DNA from: Raillietiella orientalis
Taxonomy: Eukaryota
Length of the DNA: 64,000 bases
Direction of reading: 5' to 3'
Assembly: GCA_036172245.1 (NCBI GenBank)
Contig: JAYWIR010000021.1
Location: 1,178,001 to 1,242,000, forward strand
Position 1 is the first letter of the stretch; every line of letters begins with the position of its first letter. Shown piece by piece: positions 23,470-35,149 of this stretch. The notes below the pieces were generated by a model. The model did no database searches, was not told where the DNA came from, and worked only from the letters and a program-made list of their open reading frames with translations. The translations under genes were made by a program, and so were the position numbers.

Positions 23470-24950
23470 GACGAACACTCCAGGAGTGGCGACCTACGGC
23501 GTCGACCGGCTTCTCCTGCTGCCTGCTGAGACCTCTGCAGCCTCGCCCGAGAGGGCGCTTTCGCGGGTTGGCACGCAAGGGTGCCGGCGTCCAGGTCAGC
23601 AGGCAAGAGTGGAAATTCGCAGCATCAGGTCGCCTCTGGATGGGGACAGCCCTCCTTGGGATACTCCCGTGGGTGAGCACCTTGCTTGCCTGGGAGTACC
23701 CACGGATTCGCTCTCCCTGAGGGAAGACCTGGTCTGTCCAGCTGGTGGAGTTGCAGAGTATGCCTTGGCCCTCTTTCGTGACCGTCAGCCTTCGCTCCCC
23801 GAGTGGGCAGCGGCGTGGAACATCTTTTTCGCACCTTTTTTCCGACCCCCCCTTCCGCTTGCCTCAGAGACCGCTGGGCTCGTCGGCCTGATGCGGAAGA
23901 CCCCTCCTCTAGATTCAAGGTGCGGCAGAGGTCCGCGCTGAGCCAGGATGCGGTCTCGGACGTGTTCTCCTCCGAGCGGAGGCCAACGCAGCATCATTCC
24001 AAGTGCAACCCTCCGGGACGGTGGTCATGGAACACTCGCTGGTGTCTCCCTTCGCACATTCTCTTGGGGGGTGCAGGGGACCACGCTAACTCCCTCACGC
24101 AACCACAGGCGAGGGCGAGGTAGGCAGCGACGCAACTGCGCTGGAAGCAGATCCGGGGTGGGCGTCCTGACGCCCAGTGGAAGGAATCATTAGCAACGTG
24201 GAGACGTCTGGAAAATTCCTCTCTGCCCGACGACAGCGCCATCAGAGAACTCTTTCTCAGTGGAGTCGTGGACAGTACTTTCCGGGAGAGGCCATTCGGG
24301 ACGCCGCGCGCCCCTACAGCATCGATAGGAGGAGGAGAAAGAGCTAGGCACCCTGGCAGCGCGCCGACCCGCGGGTGTTACCCCGTACCTTGCGGCTGGG
24401 GAACAAAGCCACCCCCTCACTTGGGGTCTGCAAAGGCGAAGCGAGTTCCCTGCATGGAAACTCCAGCATCCCGAGCCTCGTCGTCGGAGCTTCCGCCCTT
24501 TCTCTTCGCTGCCAGCACGCCGCCTCCATGCTGGGGCGCTGGTTGACCTCCCTCGCCAGCAGGCCTCGGTGGGGAGGATCCTCAAAAGCTGTGATCGTTG
24601 TGAGGTGGTGGCAGACCTTCCGCGGGTGCTGCCGGAATGCTCTAGAAGCTGCAGCAGGGCCGGAAACTCACATCAAAGGCACTCCAATCTGCATACGCCG
24701 TCCCTCAGGGCATTTCTCTCGTCGGCACATGTGTGTGCGTTCATCCCTCCGGGCACACCAATTTCCTCCTAGCTGGCGAGGACCGCTGCCACGCGCTAGC
24801 AACGGCGGCTCTCAGAACGGAAGACGGCACTGGAGAACCTATCCCAATCACTCCCTTCTTCGTACGAAGGACGGCGAAATGCCCTGGTCCAGGATATGAA
24901 GAGTTCGTGGGGGACTCTTAGCTGCCACGGACACACGAGTTCAACCCCAG
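23470..24950 (+). mobile_element. R2-like RT C-half plus CCHC/RLE remnant
   Basis: ATYGVDRLLLL (cf. AYADDLVLL), ACLGVP (cf. KYLGVP), RDGGHG (cf. GGLG), PCGWGTKPPPHLG, KAVIVV, in correct order. Confidence 0.5.
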
Positions 24951-25099
24951 TGAACGAGTCTCGTCCCATTCATCCCCCGGTTCCTACTCGGAGTCACCTT
25001 CGTCACCCGCTGCCTTCCCTTCCCAGCTTCTTCTGCCTTCGGTGAGGTCCCCGTTTCAGATCGGCAGATGTTTGACCCTGCATTTCATCTGAAAGAAAT

Positions 25100-28000
25100 A
25101 AGCGGTCCGGTGTGCTCAGCCGATGGGTCACTCCGGGACGAGAGTCCTCGAGGGCACATTCAGGTGCATGCGTGAGGAGGTCACCTGGCAGGAAGTTGGC
25201 GCACCCTGACGAAGCCGGGACCCGGAGAGGTCCCTGCCCGTGGAAGGAAGAGCATCATCGGACTCCACCCAGCTTCCCGGTCCCTGGCTTCCCGATCGGA
25301 CATGCCCCACTGCCATTTGCCCCCCGTCGCAAAGTGACTTCTGGAACATTGGCTTTAGGGTTCCGCCTTCCGACGCCCAGCTGCTGGAGATACCTCTGGC
25401 GCAGCTCCGCGAAAGTGCCGCAGGACGGCTTCGCAGCTGCTTCTCTGAGCGGCGCCCGTACAGGAGAAGCGTTTCTGGAAGTCCCACTGGGCTCGCCACG
25501 GAAAGCAGGAGAGCGTTCCTTCTGGGGGCATTCGCGGGGTCGACGTGAGCCGCGGTCAAGCAGAAGCAGCAGCAGGCGCAGGAGCGATCCCGACGCCTCC
25601 TCCCAACGCATCTGGTGCAGCTCAGAGGAATGTCACCTCTTCGTTGCACGAGATGGCGCGGCGCGCAGAAGTGCCACCGCGTGCTGCCATCTGAAGAAGA
25701 ATGAGGAACTGTTCACGCACTTAGCGGGGAGGCGGGAACGCTGAATTCTCCCCCTCTCCCCCCTCTCCGGGGGTTTCTCATTCCCGAGCGCCTTCCCGGC
25801 TCGAGAGACAGATGGGAACGCAGGGCCGTAGCGCTCCCCCCTTCCTCCCACGTGGCATCGACGAGGGAGAGCCTTGAAGGAAGAGAGGGAATTCAATTTC
25901 TTCTCTCCCGATCTGAAGGGGCGCGGGCCTGCCCCCTCATAGGATTCCTCCGTCTCTGGAACGAGACTTGCGGGCGAAAATTCCGCGAATTTTTCGTAGG
26001 AGCGACGCCGGGAGCATTCCTTCGGCAAGGTTGGCCTCCTCCCAGGACCCCTTCCCCCGAGAGCAGGGAATTCCTCCTTCGATCCCGGTGGAGGGAGAGC
26101 CTCTCGAAACAGGAGAGTGCGCCTTGGCTCCTTAACCCGGCTGGGAAAATTCCCTCCCACCCATCCCTTCCGTGAAGACCGCGCTAGGGGCGCCCGGAAG
26201 GGGGTGGAAGGGAGGAGAACGGGAGCAGCGGCAAGTGTGAGGTGCCGTGACCGCGCAACGCTGGCGCGGTGCCGTCGGTGCCCTGCGCCACCGCGGGAAA
26301 GGAGCGCTCGGGAACCACAGGAAATCGCCCGCCTTCCGGGAGAGGAAAAGGGATGGCAGGGAGGGCTCTCCGTTTTCGGACCTTCCTGGTTTACCCTCCT
26401 CCGCCTTGGTGCCACTTCACTTCGGGAGCGTCCTTCCTCCCTGAGCGGCACGAGGAAGGATGGAAATGCCCTCGCCGTGGGCCGTTCCCTCCTTCCGAGC
26501 CCGCACCCACTGGAAAGCACCGTATCGGGGAGCTGGGAGCATGACGACGGGAACGCGGGCGCTCAAGAGGTCGCGGAGAAGTCCCAGGAAAACCCAGGGA
26601 AGTTCTGACCTTCGTTGACAGCGCTTCCAAGGATGCAGCATCCTGTGACGGACGGACGGAGGAAGGCATCTTCCCCATCCTCGGACGAAGAAGCTTGAGG
26701 GTCCCAGAAACGTTCCCCTGCTGAGGGAGCAGGGGACCGTTCCGGGACCAGCTTTCCGACTCCAGGAGCAGCGAAGGGTAGGGACCGCCGGTCAGGGTCA
26801 GGCGTGCCAACCAGCTCGCTCGTGATAACGCACCGTTCTGTCTCCAGGAGCGCAGACCGTCACCATCGAGGGCGCTCGAGGTGGCAGCCGTCGTGGATCC
26901 TCAAACGGCAAAGAGGCTGCAGGAGGCGGGCTCCTGCTCAGAGACGCTGCGACGCGCGTCCCTGAGACTCCGGCACAGGAATTCCAGGACGCGTATCGGT
27001 CTCCTGGGCCCTAGAAACTCCAAAGGTCATCCCCTGAACATTCGACAGCGGACGGCCGCGACTCTCGGGACACTCAGCGGATCTGGCGGACCTCCGAGTT
27101 CATCCGCCAGGGGGAGCTACTGGCTCGAGGGAGGGAAGTGCGCGGCGAGGAGACGAGCTGGTCTCCAGCGCTACTGTCTCGAGTTGGGCTAGGGAGCTGT
27201 CAGAGGGCTCCTCCGCTCCAGCTGGGACGGCCATGACCTGCTGTAGACGCCCCGGAGAGCGCAACCAGCACAGTGCGGAGGTCTTCCGGCATCCGGTCAT
27301 CCAGGCCCGGTCTCCTCGGAAAGTAACCGTTTCGCGGATTCCTGGCGTGCCGGTCACGAGGACCCTTGCCATGGCCACGCCGCCTCGAGACCAGCAGTCC
27401 CGCCGGAACGCGTCGGATGGGAGTTTTTCAACGCGTCGGGACTTCGTTTCCGAACGGAAACGCAGCGTTCCCCATGGCCACGCGGGCGGAGGCTGAGGCT
27501 TCAGAATCCTTCCTCTTTTAGGCAACCCTTTCTTCCAGTGATATCTCTGTCTTCTTGTGCAGAGGATCGCAGGCCAAGCAGCACTAACACCACGGACTGC
27601 TCCACCACCTAGCGTGGCCAAAGGTCCGCCAGATGGACAGCAAGAGCATATTGGGGACCGCATCCCAGTGTGGGTGCGGTTGGGGCAAGCCCCACTGCTG
27701 CTAACCGGGGCAGTTGCTAACCGAGGAGAAAGTAGGTCCTGAAAGAACAGTCCACGGCCTCTTCATTCTGCCTTTCCCGGTCGCATTTCAGTCATGACTG
27801 GAATTTGGGAATCCGGTAGAAACGAGGAATTTTTCAAACGGAAGACGAGCCCAGCCATGGATCAGTAGCATTGAGCCATCCAGGAGGGAGCTGTTGTTGC
27901 CCGAAGAGTGCTGATAAAGGCAGAGAAGTCGTTTCGCTGTTGGCTCAACTATCTCCTTTCTCCAGCCTTCTGAAGCGGAAGTGACGGCACATAGGTCCCC

Positions 28001-28480
28001 GTGGTGCCTTTTGCTCCCCACAGCTCGCTCCTTCGGGAAAGACAAACAGCCCCTCACCCGACGGAAGACGATCGCGTAGCCGCATCGCCGCCACCCGACC
28101 GATGGTGCTTCGGACCAAGAGGGGGGTCAGCGCCTGATCCGACCTGCCAATCAGAGCCCTCAGCTTGTCGTTCGCATGAGGAAAGAGAAGCAGCACGACC
28201 AACTGGGGCCGCGTTCGAAGGTGGCAGGGGCGGCGGCGGTGGTGGCAACAGGGAGACGTCGAAAAAGCTTCCGTTGAAAGCATCCTGAGGCCCTTGCACG
28301 CCTCGCCGCAGCGAAGCTTCCCCCACCTTAACGGCGAGGTTCCTCGTTCGAAATGGATTCTCTGCACAAAGGTAGAGAAGCGCTGGGGAGAACGAATTCC
28401 TCGGAAGTTCTGGGTCGCGTTTGATTTACAGCTTCGGGTTACTCTTCTGCCATCTGCATGATTCCCCATGAGCATCCCCT
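25100..28480 (-). mobile_element. I-clade-like LINE 5' part: ORF1 with CCHC knuckles, APE, start of RT
   Basis: SPQRF..KLRCG, VPN..WRTFGHAR..C*CCLACDPLH (ORF1); FRRDCWSRGGVAM (APE); RNASPV, YLQQLGVGRRNP...CPIGKPG (RT domains 0-1). Confidence 0.55.
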
Positions 28481-28599
28481 ATTGATAAATTTCCCCATTA
28501 AGGAAGGGTAGTCTCCTGTGTAGGGCAGCACTGTGTGTCAAGACGTTTCTTACCTCTCAGAGTCCCTGGGGGAGCCCCGCTCCGTACATGCGACTCGCC

Positions 28600-29250
28600 T
28601 CAGCTGCCCATGCGGGCACCTTCCTGCCCTGAAATGAGGAGTGGCCGATTCCAAATTTCTCTGAAGAGCGCTTCCTGCACTCTGGGCGAGGAAGGGGGGA
28701 GAGGGATCAACCAGCTCCATGGTCTGCGATTTTCACAACCGGAGGGAGTGGGAGTGAGTAGGGAGGAACCCAGAAGGGCTCCTTGATTCCTGGAAGATCC
28801 CCAAAGGGTCAGCGTCCAGTCCGGGCCACTCATCGGGGGCATCCGGTTTCTGACTGCTTCCACGAGTGCTGCATCCGAATGGGCAAACCAGCGCCATCCT
28901 GTAGGAGGAACTCGAAACCAATGGCGCACCCCCTGTTCTTGGCGCCGATCCTTTCCCCGGGCAGGATTTCGAACCCGCAACTCTCGGCACCGTGCGCAGA
29001 GACCGTAGCCACGAGGCTGCGAACGCGTGCAGGAAGGTGCGGGTCGTGCGCGCGCAAGGTGCGCAGTGCGCGGGGAGACGTTGCCGCAGCAGCATCGCGT
29101 GCGCCTTGGCGGTCTCGCAGAGAGGAGGCGCGGCGATCCAGCTCGAGAGGTCACGCAGCAGGGGCGGCGGGAACTGGCGTGCCGCCTGCGGCCAGCCAAT
29201 CCCGGAAGTGGGCCCCCCGCTCTGGCACTTCCAAAAAAGAATCGCGTCGC
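28600..29250 (-). mobile_element. Family A LINE ORF1 fragment
   Basis: Minus strand reads AAACCGGATGCCCCCGATGAGTGG...CTTCCAGGAATCAAGGAGCCCTT; upstream QPRGYGLCARCRE..SKSCP knuckle-like. Confidence 0.8.
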
Positions 29251-29279
29251 CATCTTTCGCGCTGCTCGCTCGTGCCGTC

Positions 29280-29850
29280 GAAAGGTCAGCGGAGGGGCCA
29301 CGGCAAAGCAAGGGGGACGGATATGGTGGAGTTGTCCTTCCTCTCTTCCTCTCAGGAGGCGCAGCTGTCGTTCCCGGACGTCAGCGGTGGGATCATGGGA
29401 TCCCAAGGATGGTCCAGACACCTCGCACGTATGCGAGCTGCACGAGACGCGCGATTGGTACGTTCTGACACACACCATAGCCGAGCGTACGTTGTACGTA
29501 CCGTCCGGACCCGGACAGCGCGGCCGGACAAAGCAGTCGGACGAAACCCGCAACAGCGAGCAGGCAGCAGGCGCTGCAATGACCACAGGGTCGGAAAGAA
29601 ATGGCTGACGACCGAAGCTTGTGATGGCGCATCGCAAGGAAAGCGAAAGCACGGAAGTCCATCCTGTTGCTCACCTCGGGTTACCACCTTTTCCGCGTGG
29701 ATACGAAACAAGGATCCGAAAAGCGGCATCCCATTGTCAAGAGAGGCAAGCCACGAGAGAGTGCGTCCACATCGCCGGACAAGGGTCACGCCAAAGAATG
29801 AGAAAGAGAGCTCCGAGTTTAAGGGATGTCTCGAATTCCTGACTGTTTTC
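29280..29850 (+). mobile_element. Penelope-like retroelement remnant (RT C-terminus/thumb to linker)
   Basis: QLSFPDV (cf. LPFLDV), SDTHHSRAYVVRTVRTRTAR (cf. S.HHP....VV.TL..RA), LPPFPRGYETRIRK (cf. LPY..G.SE.IRR). Confidence 0.55.
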
Positions 29851-30376
29851 TATGCGCGAAAATTTCAGGCGTGTAATGAAAATGGGAACTCGAGCGTGGG
29901 GCTTTGCTTCCCAGAGCTCCGGAAAGCGCTGGTCATTGTCCCTACCTCTGGAAGCAGCTGCACTCCGGCACCACTCGCGGCCATTCAGATCGGGGCAACT
30001 TCGATTCGTTCCGAAGTTGTCAGACAAAATCCCTGAGAGGCAAAGGGAGGTTCAAAGCCCAGCTCGAAAGACTTGGTGACCTCGCATTGGGATGGTGGGC
30101 CTAGCCTCCTAGCTCTGGGACGTATGGAGCTACAACTGCAACTCAGCTGACTGACCCTGGTTGCCAGATTATGTGGCCACGGAGTGGTGTATTACCACCT
30201 CCACGACTATTCTTGAGGAGAAGGTTCTTCTGCGAAGGACTGGTACCCATGCTGTTGCGCAGTTGCTGGAGTTTGGACCAATGAGGCTTCGCCCTCCGGA
30301 CCCCTTTGATGAAGGAAACCGTTAGACCCGGGCCGTCCCACAAGCTCTAATGCTACGTGGACGGAGACAGTAAACA

Positions 30377-30506
30377 CTTGAGAACAGGTCGCAGAAAGCG
30401 GCCCAGAACTGCTCGGATCCGTGCCGCATGTCGGCCGGTCAAGCTAGCGAACGTCTCGCACAAGACGTTGAGAAGTGGGTCGGGTCCTTGACCACTCCAA
30501 TCCTGC
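30377..30506 (+). repeat. ~130-bp direct repeat, copy 1
   Basis: Near-identical core GCTCGGATCCG...CTAGCGAACGTCTCGCACAAGACGTTGAGAAGTGGGTCGGGTCCTTGACCACTCC also at 33017-33143. Confidence 0.92.
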
Positions 30507-30949
30507 CGACCCGTTTTCCCAGTGAGCGGATCACGCCAACTGGCAGGGTTGCCTTGTGCCTTCGATTTCGCAGGCTCAAGGCAACTCCTTGGCTCATGGA
30601 CAAGTGCCAAGGAGTTTTTTGTGCTTTCCCTGTCGTTTGTCTGCACAGCGACTCCGAGCCTCTTTGCCAAGGAACCGCTGACCGGGAATCTCCTGGAAGA
30701 GCTGGAGATCTCTGCGGTTTCCGTCAAGCAGCAGCGGAACCACTGCTCAGAGACGCGGTTTCCCTCGACAGCATTCTGCGACGCTGCCCTTAGGCTGGGT
30801 GCAACCTACAAGTGCTTGCCGGTTCACCATCGTGACGTGGTCACATAGGATTGTTTACCCTGAAGAAAAATAAAATTACTGAGGAGATCCATTGTGCGAG
30901 ACTCTTGGGAGTTCAAGAAAAAGGACGGGTGACCGTCTCTCAGGTCAGC

Positions 30950-32750
30950 TACGTAGAAAGACCGAGACGGTTCAAAGAGAGGGGACAACAGGCAAACAAA
31001 TAAATAAGAAAGGAAAGGGACAGCGTCACCGCCTGAGCCCCTCCCTGTCTCCTGCAGCTCTGTGTGTGATGCAGGTGGTGCCCCTCTCCGCTCCTCGCCT
31101 CAATTCAAGCCACTTAGCCACCTTTCTCACCTCCCTGGAGGAGGGGTGCATGGCTTCTCGCTTTTGGTCCTCCCGTGCTTGCTGGGATTCCACGATCCTC
31201 CTGACGCAGTGCGAGATGGCGAGCGTATAGGCAGGCGGGAGGCTGGACCCGCAGAGGCCCCTTCGGAGGTGTCTTCAAAGCACAGCGGGAAATCCGCGTA
31301 GGGTTCCCAACTGCTTTGGAGAGCTCCCCACATCCCAGGATCAGGTGCGGGATTGCCTTCTCTTCCCTGCGTCCGGAGAAGTTCCAGGGGATCCTCACGC
31401 TCGTCCGGCGATGTCGCCGCTGATTGCACAGGACGCCCCAGTGCGCGAAGAGCAAAGCTGCATGCGGCCACTTGAGGGAGAGCGCGGAGCCTTTCAAATA
31501 GAAAGAAGGGATTATGGACTCAAAGGGTGGAATGTCCAGAGTACCCGTCCCGTGGAGCAGTCCCTGCCCGTGAGGGCTGGGTGTTTGTTGTTGCCGCGTC
31601 GTCCAGCTGACCCGTCAACTCTTCGTCCGAGAGTTTCCTTATCCCTGTCACGGGGAGGGAGGACTCCCGTGCTGCCGGCTGGCAGCTGTTTTGTTCCTGA
31701 TCTTCACCTCATCCAAGGATGACTTCTCTCAGGTTGTGGTGGCGTTGGTCCCCGTGATGAGGATCCACATGCGTTCTATCCCCTGCCGCCATGCTATATA
31801 TGTGGCTTGCGGGGAAGCAGGAGATGCACCGATGCCCTTCTCACAAGGCGCTGATTTTCCTCAAGGGTCTCCATCTGATCTCGGCTGAGAGGCAGCAGAG
31901 AATCCTGTCGCCCGGTCAACCGACCGACCGCCATGTGACTTCACGCGCAGGGAGGCATCAGTACCGCACCGAATTTGCATCTTTCCAGGCCACTCTTCAG
32001 AAGTGGACCTGCAGTTCCATCTTCTTCGGCGTGAGAATGCCGAGTCCTGCATCGCTCCATTGTGCAACGAGGCCTTTTGAGGAGGACCTTCGAACTTGAG
32101 AACCTCGTAGCTCTTTCCTCATGAGACCGTTCCGTCACTGCCTCGTATGGCACAGTATTTTGACCGCGCCATACGAGACGGAATCGAAAGAAGAGACCGG
32201 AAGACGTTCCAAACGGAGCACCGTCCCGGAAAGCAAGAAGGTCCAATGTGCCATCTTGGAACGGGTCCAGTCTCGTCGCTGCGGCCAGAGGCGCTCCCGG
32301 ACTGGAGGGAGTGTCTCTGCCGCACCCTGACAGCCGCGGAGAGTTTCACGCCTTCCCTCACCTGCTGTCAAATCACCGTGCTCTCCTGTGCTCATGGGAG
32401 CATCTGGTGGAGGGCCCCCTGCACTTGGAAGGCAACCCTAGGGCTTATCGAGGCGTATCTTCGCGCGCAATGGAGTGACGACCGCAACGCTTCGCTACTT
32501 CCGCGGAGTGGTAGCGGCGCGAAGCTCTGTGGAGCGAGGATAGGACGATCGATAAGGATGCCCATCCAGATGATGATGACCTTCTCGCTGAGGGGGGCAA
32601 CGAGAATCCCGCACGGGTGGAGATAAAAGGAAGAAAGTGCCTTCGTCCCTCAGGATGCAGAGGATGCTTAGGGAACACCTCCGCTCCTTCATAGAAAGAT
32701 ACATATCTTTCTCTAATATCTTTATTTGTTCTTTCCTTCTTACCTTTCCC
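30950..32750 (-). mobile_element. L1/Tx1-like LINE RT to zf-RVT remnant (family A or relative)
   Basis: IVLSSLHRASRR (cf. LSLD..KAFDR), VRVRQRHSL (cf. GVRQG.PLS), LLAFRD, FAHWGVLCNQR...EEKAIPHLILGC. Confidence 0.7.
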
Positions 32751-33016
32751 CCAGAACTGACCTTGTTTGGCAGCCGGCTTGCGCACCGTCACGCACCCCG
32801 GCAATCTGGGCTCGAGTAGGATCCAGAGATCCATTTGTGTCCTGTAATTTATAGTCACGGTTGCTCTTGGAGACAACAAAGAGCGCTCTGGTTTCACCTG
32901 GCGTCAAGCCAGCAGGGACATCCACTGAACCCACAGGCTCGGCTATCCGGCAGATGAAGCACCAGATCAGCGTCCCGATGCTCACAGGAGCGCGCGACGC
33001 AACGGATGAGGTCCAG

Positions 33017-33143
33017 CTTGAGAGCAGACATGAACCGGCCCAGAGCTGCTCGGATCCGCGCCGCATATCGGCCGGTCAACCTAGCGAACGTCTCGCACAA
33101 GACGTTGAGAAGTGGGTCGGGTCCTTGACCACTCCTATCCTGC
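33017..33143 (+). repeat. ~130-bp direct repeat, copy 2
   Basis: Matches 30377-30506. Confidence 0.92.
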
Positions 33144-33499
33144 AGATCCTGTAGGCGAATCGCTGCGGTAGCCGAAAACAACGTGGACAGCGGACAACGT
33201 GGAAACGACGACGCTTCACGGATTCAGTCAGAGCGTGCCACGCGAGACGAGGCTTCAGTGAAAAATTTGGGCGTGGCGCAGAAGGTCGAGCATAGGATCA
33301 CGGATGCTGGCGCTCCGGGATTGACGCGCCGCGCCATGACCCACTTGCGATGCTGCCTGGAGGTTTCCGCCGATCAGGCTTGCGTGAAAGTAGGGAAGAA
33401 AGAAAAGTGACCCAAGGGTTGAAGGGTTGCACGTTTCCCTTCCTCTTTCTTGAGAAATCTACATTTCTTCATCTCCTTTTTCTTCCTCACCCAGCAATC

Positions 33500-34300
33500 A
33501 GGGACCAGCAGCCGGAGCCAGGGCCGCACCCCTCAAATCGCTTCATGCTGCACTCTCGCCCTTTACAGCAAGAGGCAGAGCTGCCCTCCCAGTCGAAGGA
33601 GGGCAGTGGGAGCTGGTTGCATGCAGTCAAGCCATCCCGGACGTACAGTCTCTGCTCAGGGAGGATCCAGCACCGAAGGAGGACCATCAGACGACGGTCG
33701 CCATGGAGACCACCTGCTGCTTCCCTTTCCAAAAAAGCAGATCTCGGGAAACCGTATAAAGAGGGAAAGAACCAATGCCTATGAAGAAGCTCCCCTCCTT
33801 CACTAGGGTCCAGACCCTGCCATCCACTGAAAGCCATGGATTTGTTGGCACCATGAGGTCTTGGGGCTCCAGCAACTGTGAAAAATCCCTGAAGAGATGG
33901 GGATTTTTTTGCTCCACGTCGATAGGATCGTGGTGCTCTGGAGCATTCCAGCCAGCAGGGGCATCCGATGCTCACAGCCTCCCCCTTCAGGGGCGCGCCA
34001 CTCAACGGCAGATGACGGGTGATCCCCTTTCCAGTTCCTTCCTGCTGCCTCCTTCCACGGCGCCGCACATGTTGCGCGGACCCCGTCAGCAGCCGACCTG
34101 CGAGCCCCAGAACTCTTGAAGTCATGAGAGAGCCGAACACTTCCTGCCCTGCACTGCCCCTCTCCACAGGGCATGCTTCTGGCGCATTCTTGCTTGCAAT
34201 GAACTTTGACCACGTCGTGACGTCGGTGGCAATCCTGGCCTCGCAGAGGTCTCCAGAATCTCCGGAGGCCACATCTGCGACCCGCGTGAGGAAGAGGAAG
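33500..34300 (-). mobile_element. Tx1-type LINE ORF1 remnant
   Basis: GLHGDRRLMVLL...LPEQRLYV...WEGSSASCCKG...C in ORF 33487-34272; co-oriented upstream of the 30950-32750 ORF2 remnant. Confidence 0.4.
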
Positions 34301-35062
34301 AGGAAGCTGTGGAAAGCGGCGCCAAGAGATGCATTGAGTTCTCACTCGAACCCTTCGGAACAACGCTCGCTCTTGCCGGCTTGATCCTTCCTGTCGTCCG
34401 CAGCGTGTCTCCCTGGCAACTCTCTTCCCCATCCCTCCCAGCGTCCGGGCTGGTTCAGCACGGTCCGTTGCTCGCTGCCGGTTATTCCGCCACAAGTCCC
34501 CACACGATCCGCTCTCCCTTTTTCCCGAAAGTCCTCCTCCTGCCTCCGGGGCCAGACCCGAGGTGCAAGCGCACTGCCCCGGTCGCCTTGATACTCGCGG
34601 CATCCCCGCCGAAAGAGCGGGGCGGACCCCATTGCTGAGTGTCTCGAAGAGAGCTGCAGGGAGCGGCGAAGCCTCCCTCCCACTCCCCCTCGACCCACTC
34701 CGATGGCCCGCAGGGTTCCCGCGGCGGACCTCGGCACATCCAGGGTCTCGGGCTCCCGCGCGCCTCCGAGGGCGACCGCGTCCTCCCTTCCCGAGCAGCG
34801 CTCGAGACAACGTGATCGACCGCCTCGTCGTTCGGTTACTTTGTTTCCAGTCTTTAATTATCTGCATTCCAAATCATCATCAATCACATTGACCAGCAGC
34901 TGGTGCCGACTTCCATTCCTTAGCGATGTCGATGGGGATGCCATTTATTCATATCTTCTGCTGTAAGAAATGTTAATAACGGCGCAGAGGAAGAAACCCA
35001 ATAAGAACGGATGACTTTTAATGAAGCCGTTCTGATGGCCGGAGCCGAAGAAGCCGGTCGCA

Positions 35063-35087
35063 GAGCTGCTGCTGCTGCTGCTGCTGC
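35063..35087 (+). repeat. (GCT)n microsatellite
   Basis: About 8 GCT units. Confidence 0.9.
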
Positions 35088-35149
35088 TTCACCAGGGAAT
35101 GCGCCACGTGCGTGGCAGTCGAAGCCGCCGCCGCCGCCACGGATTTCTT

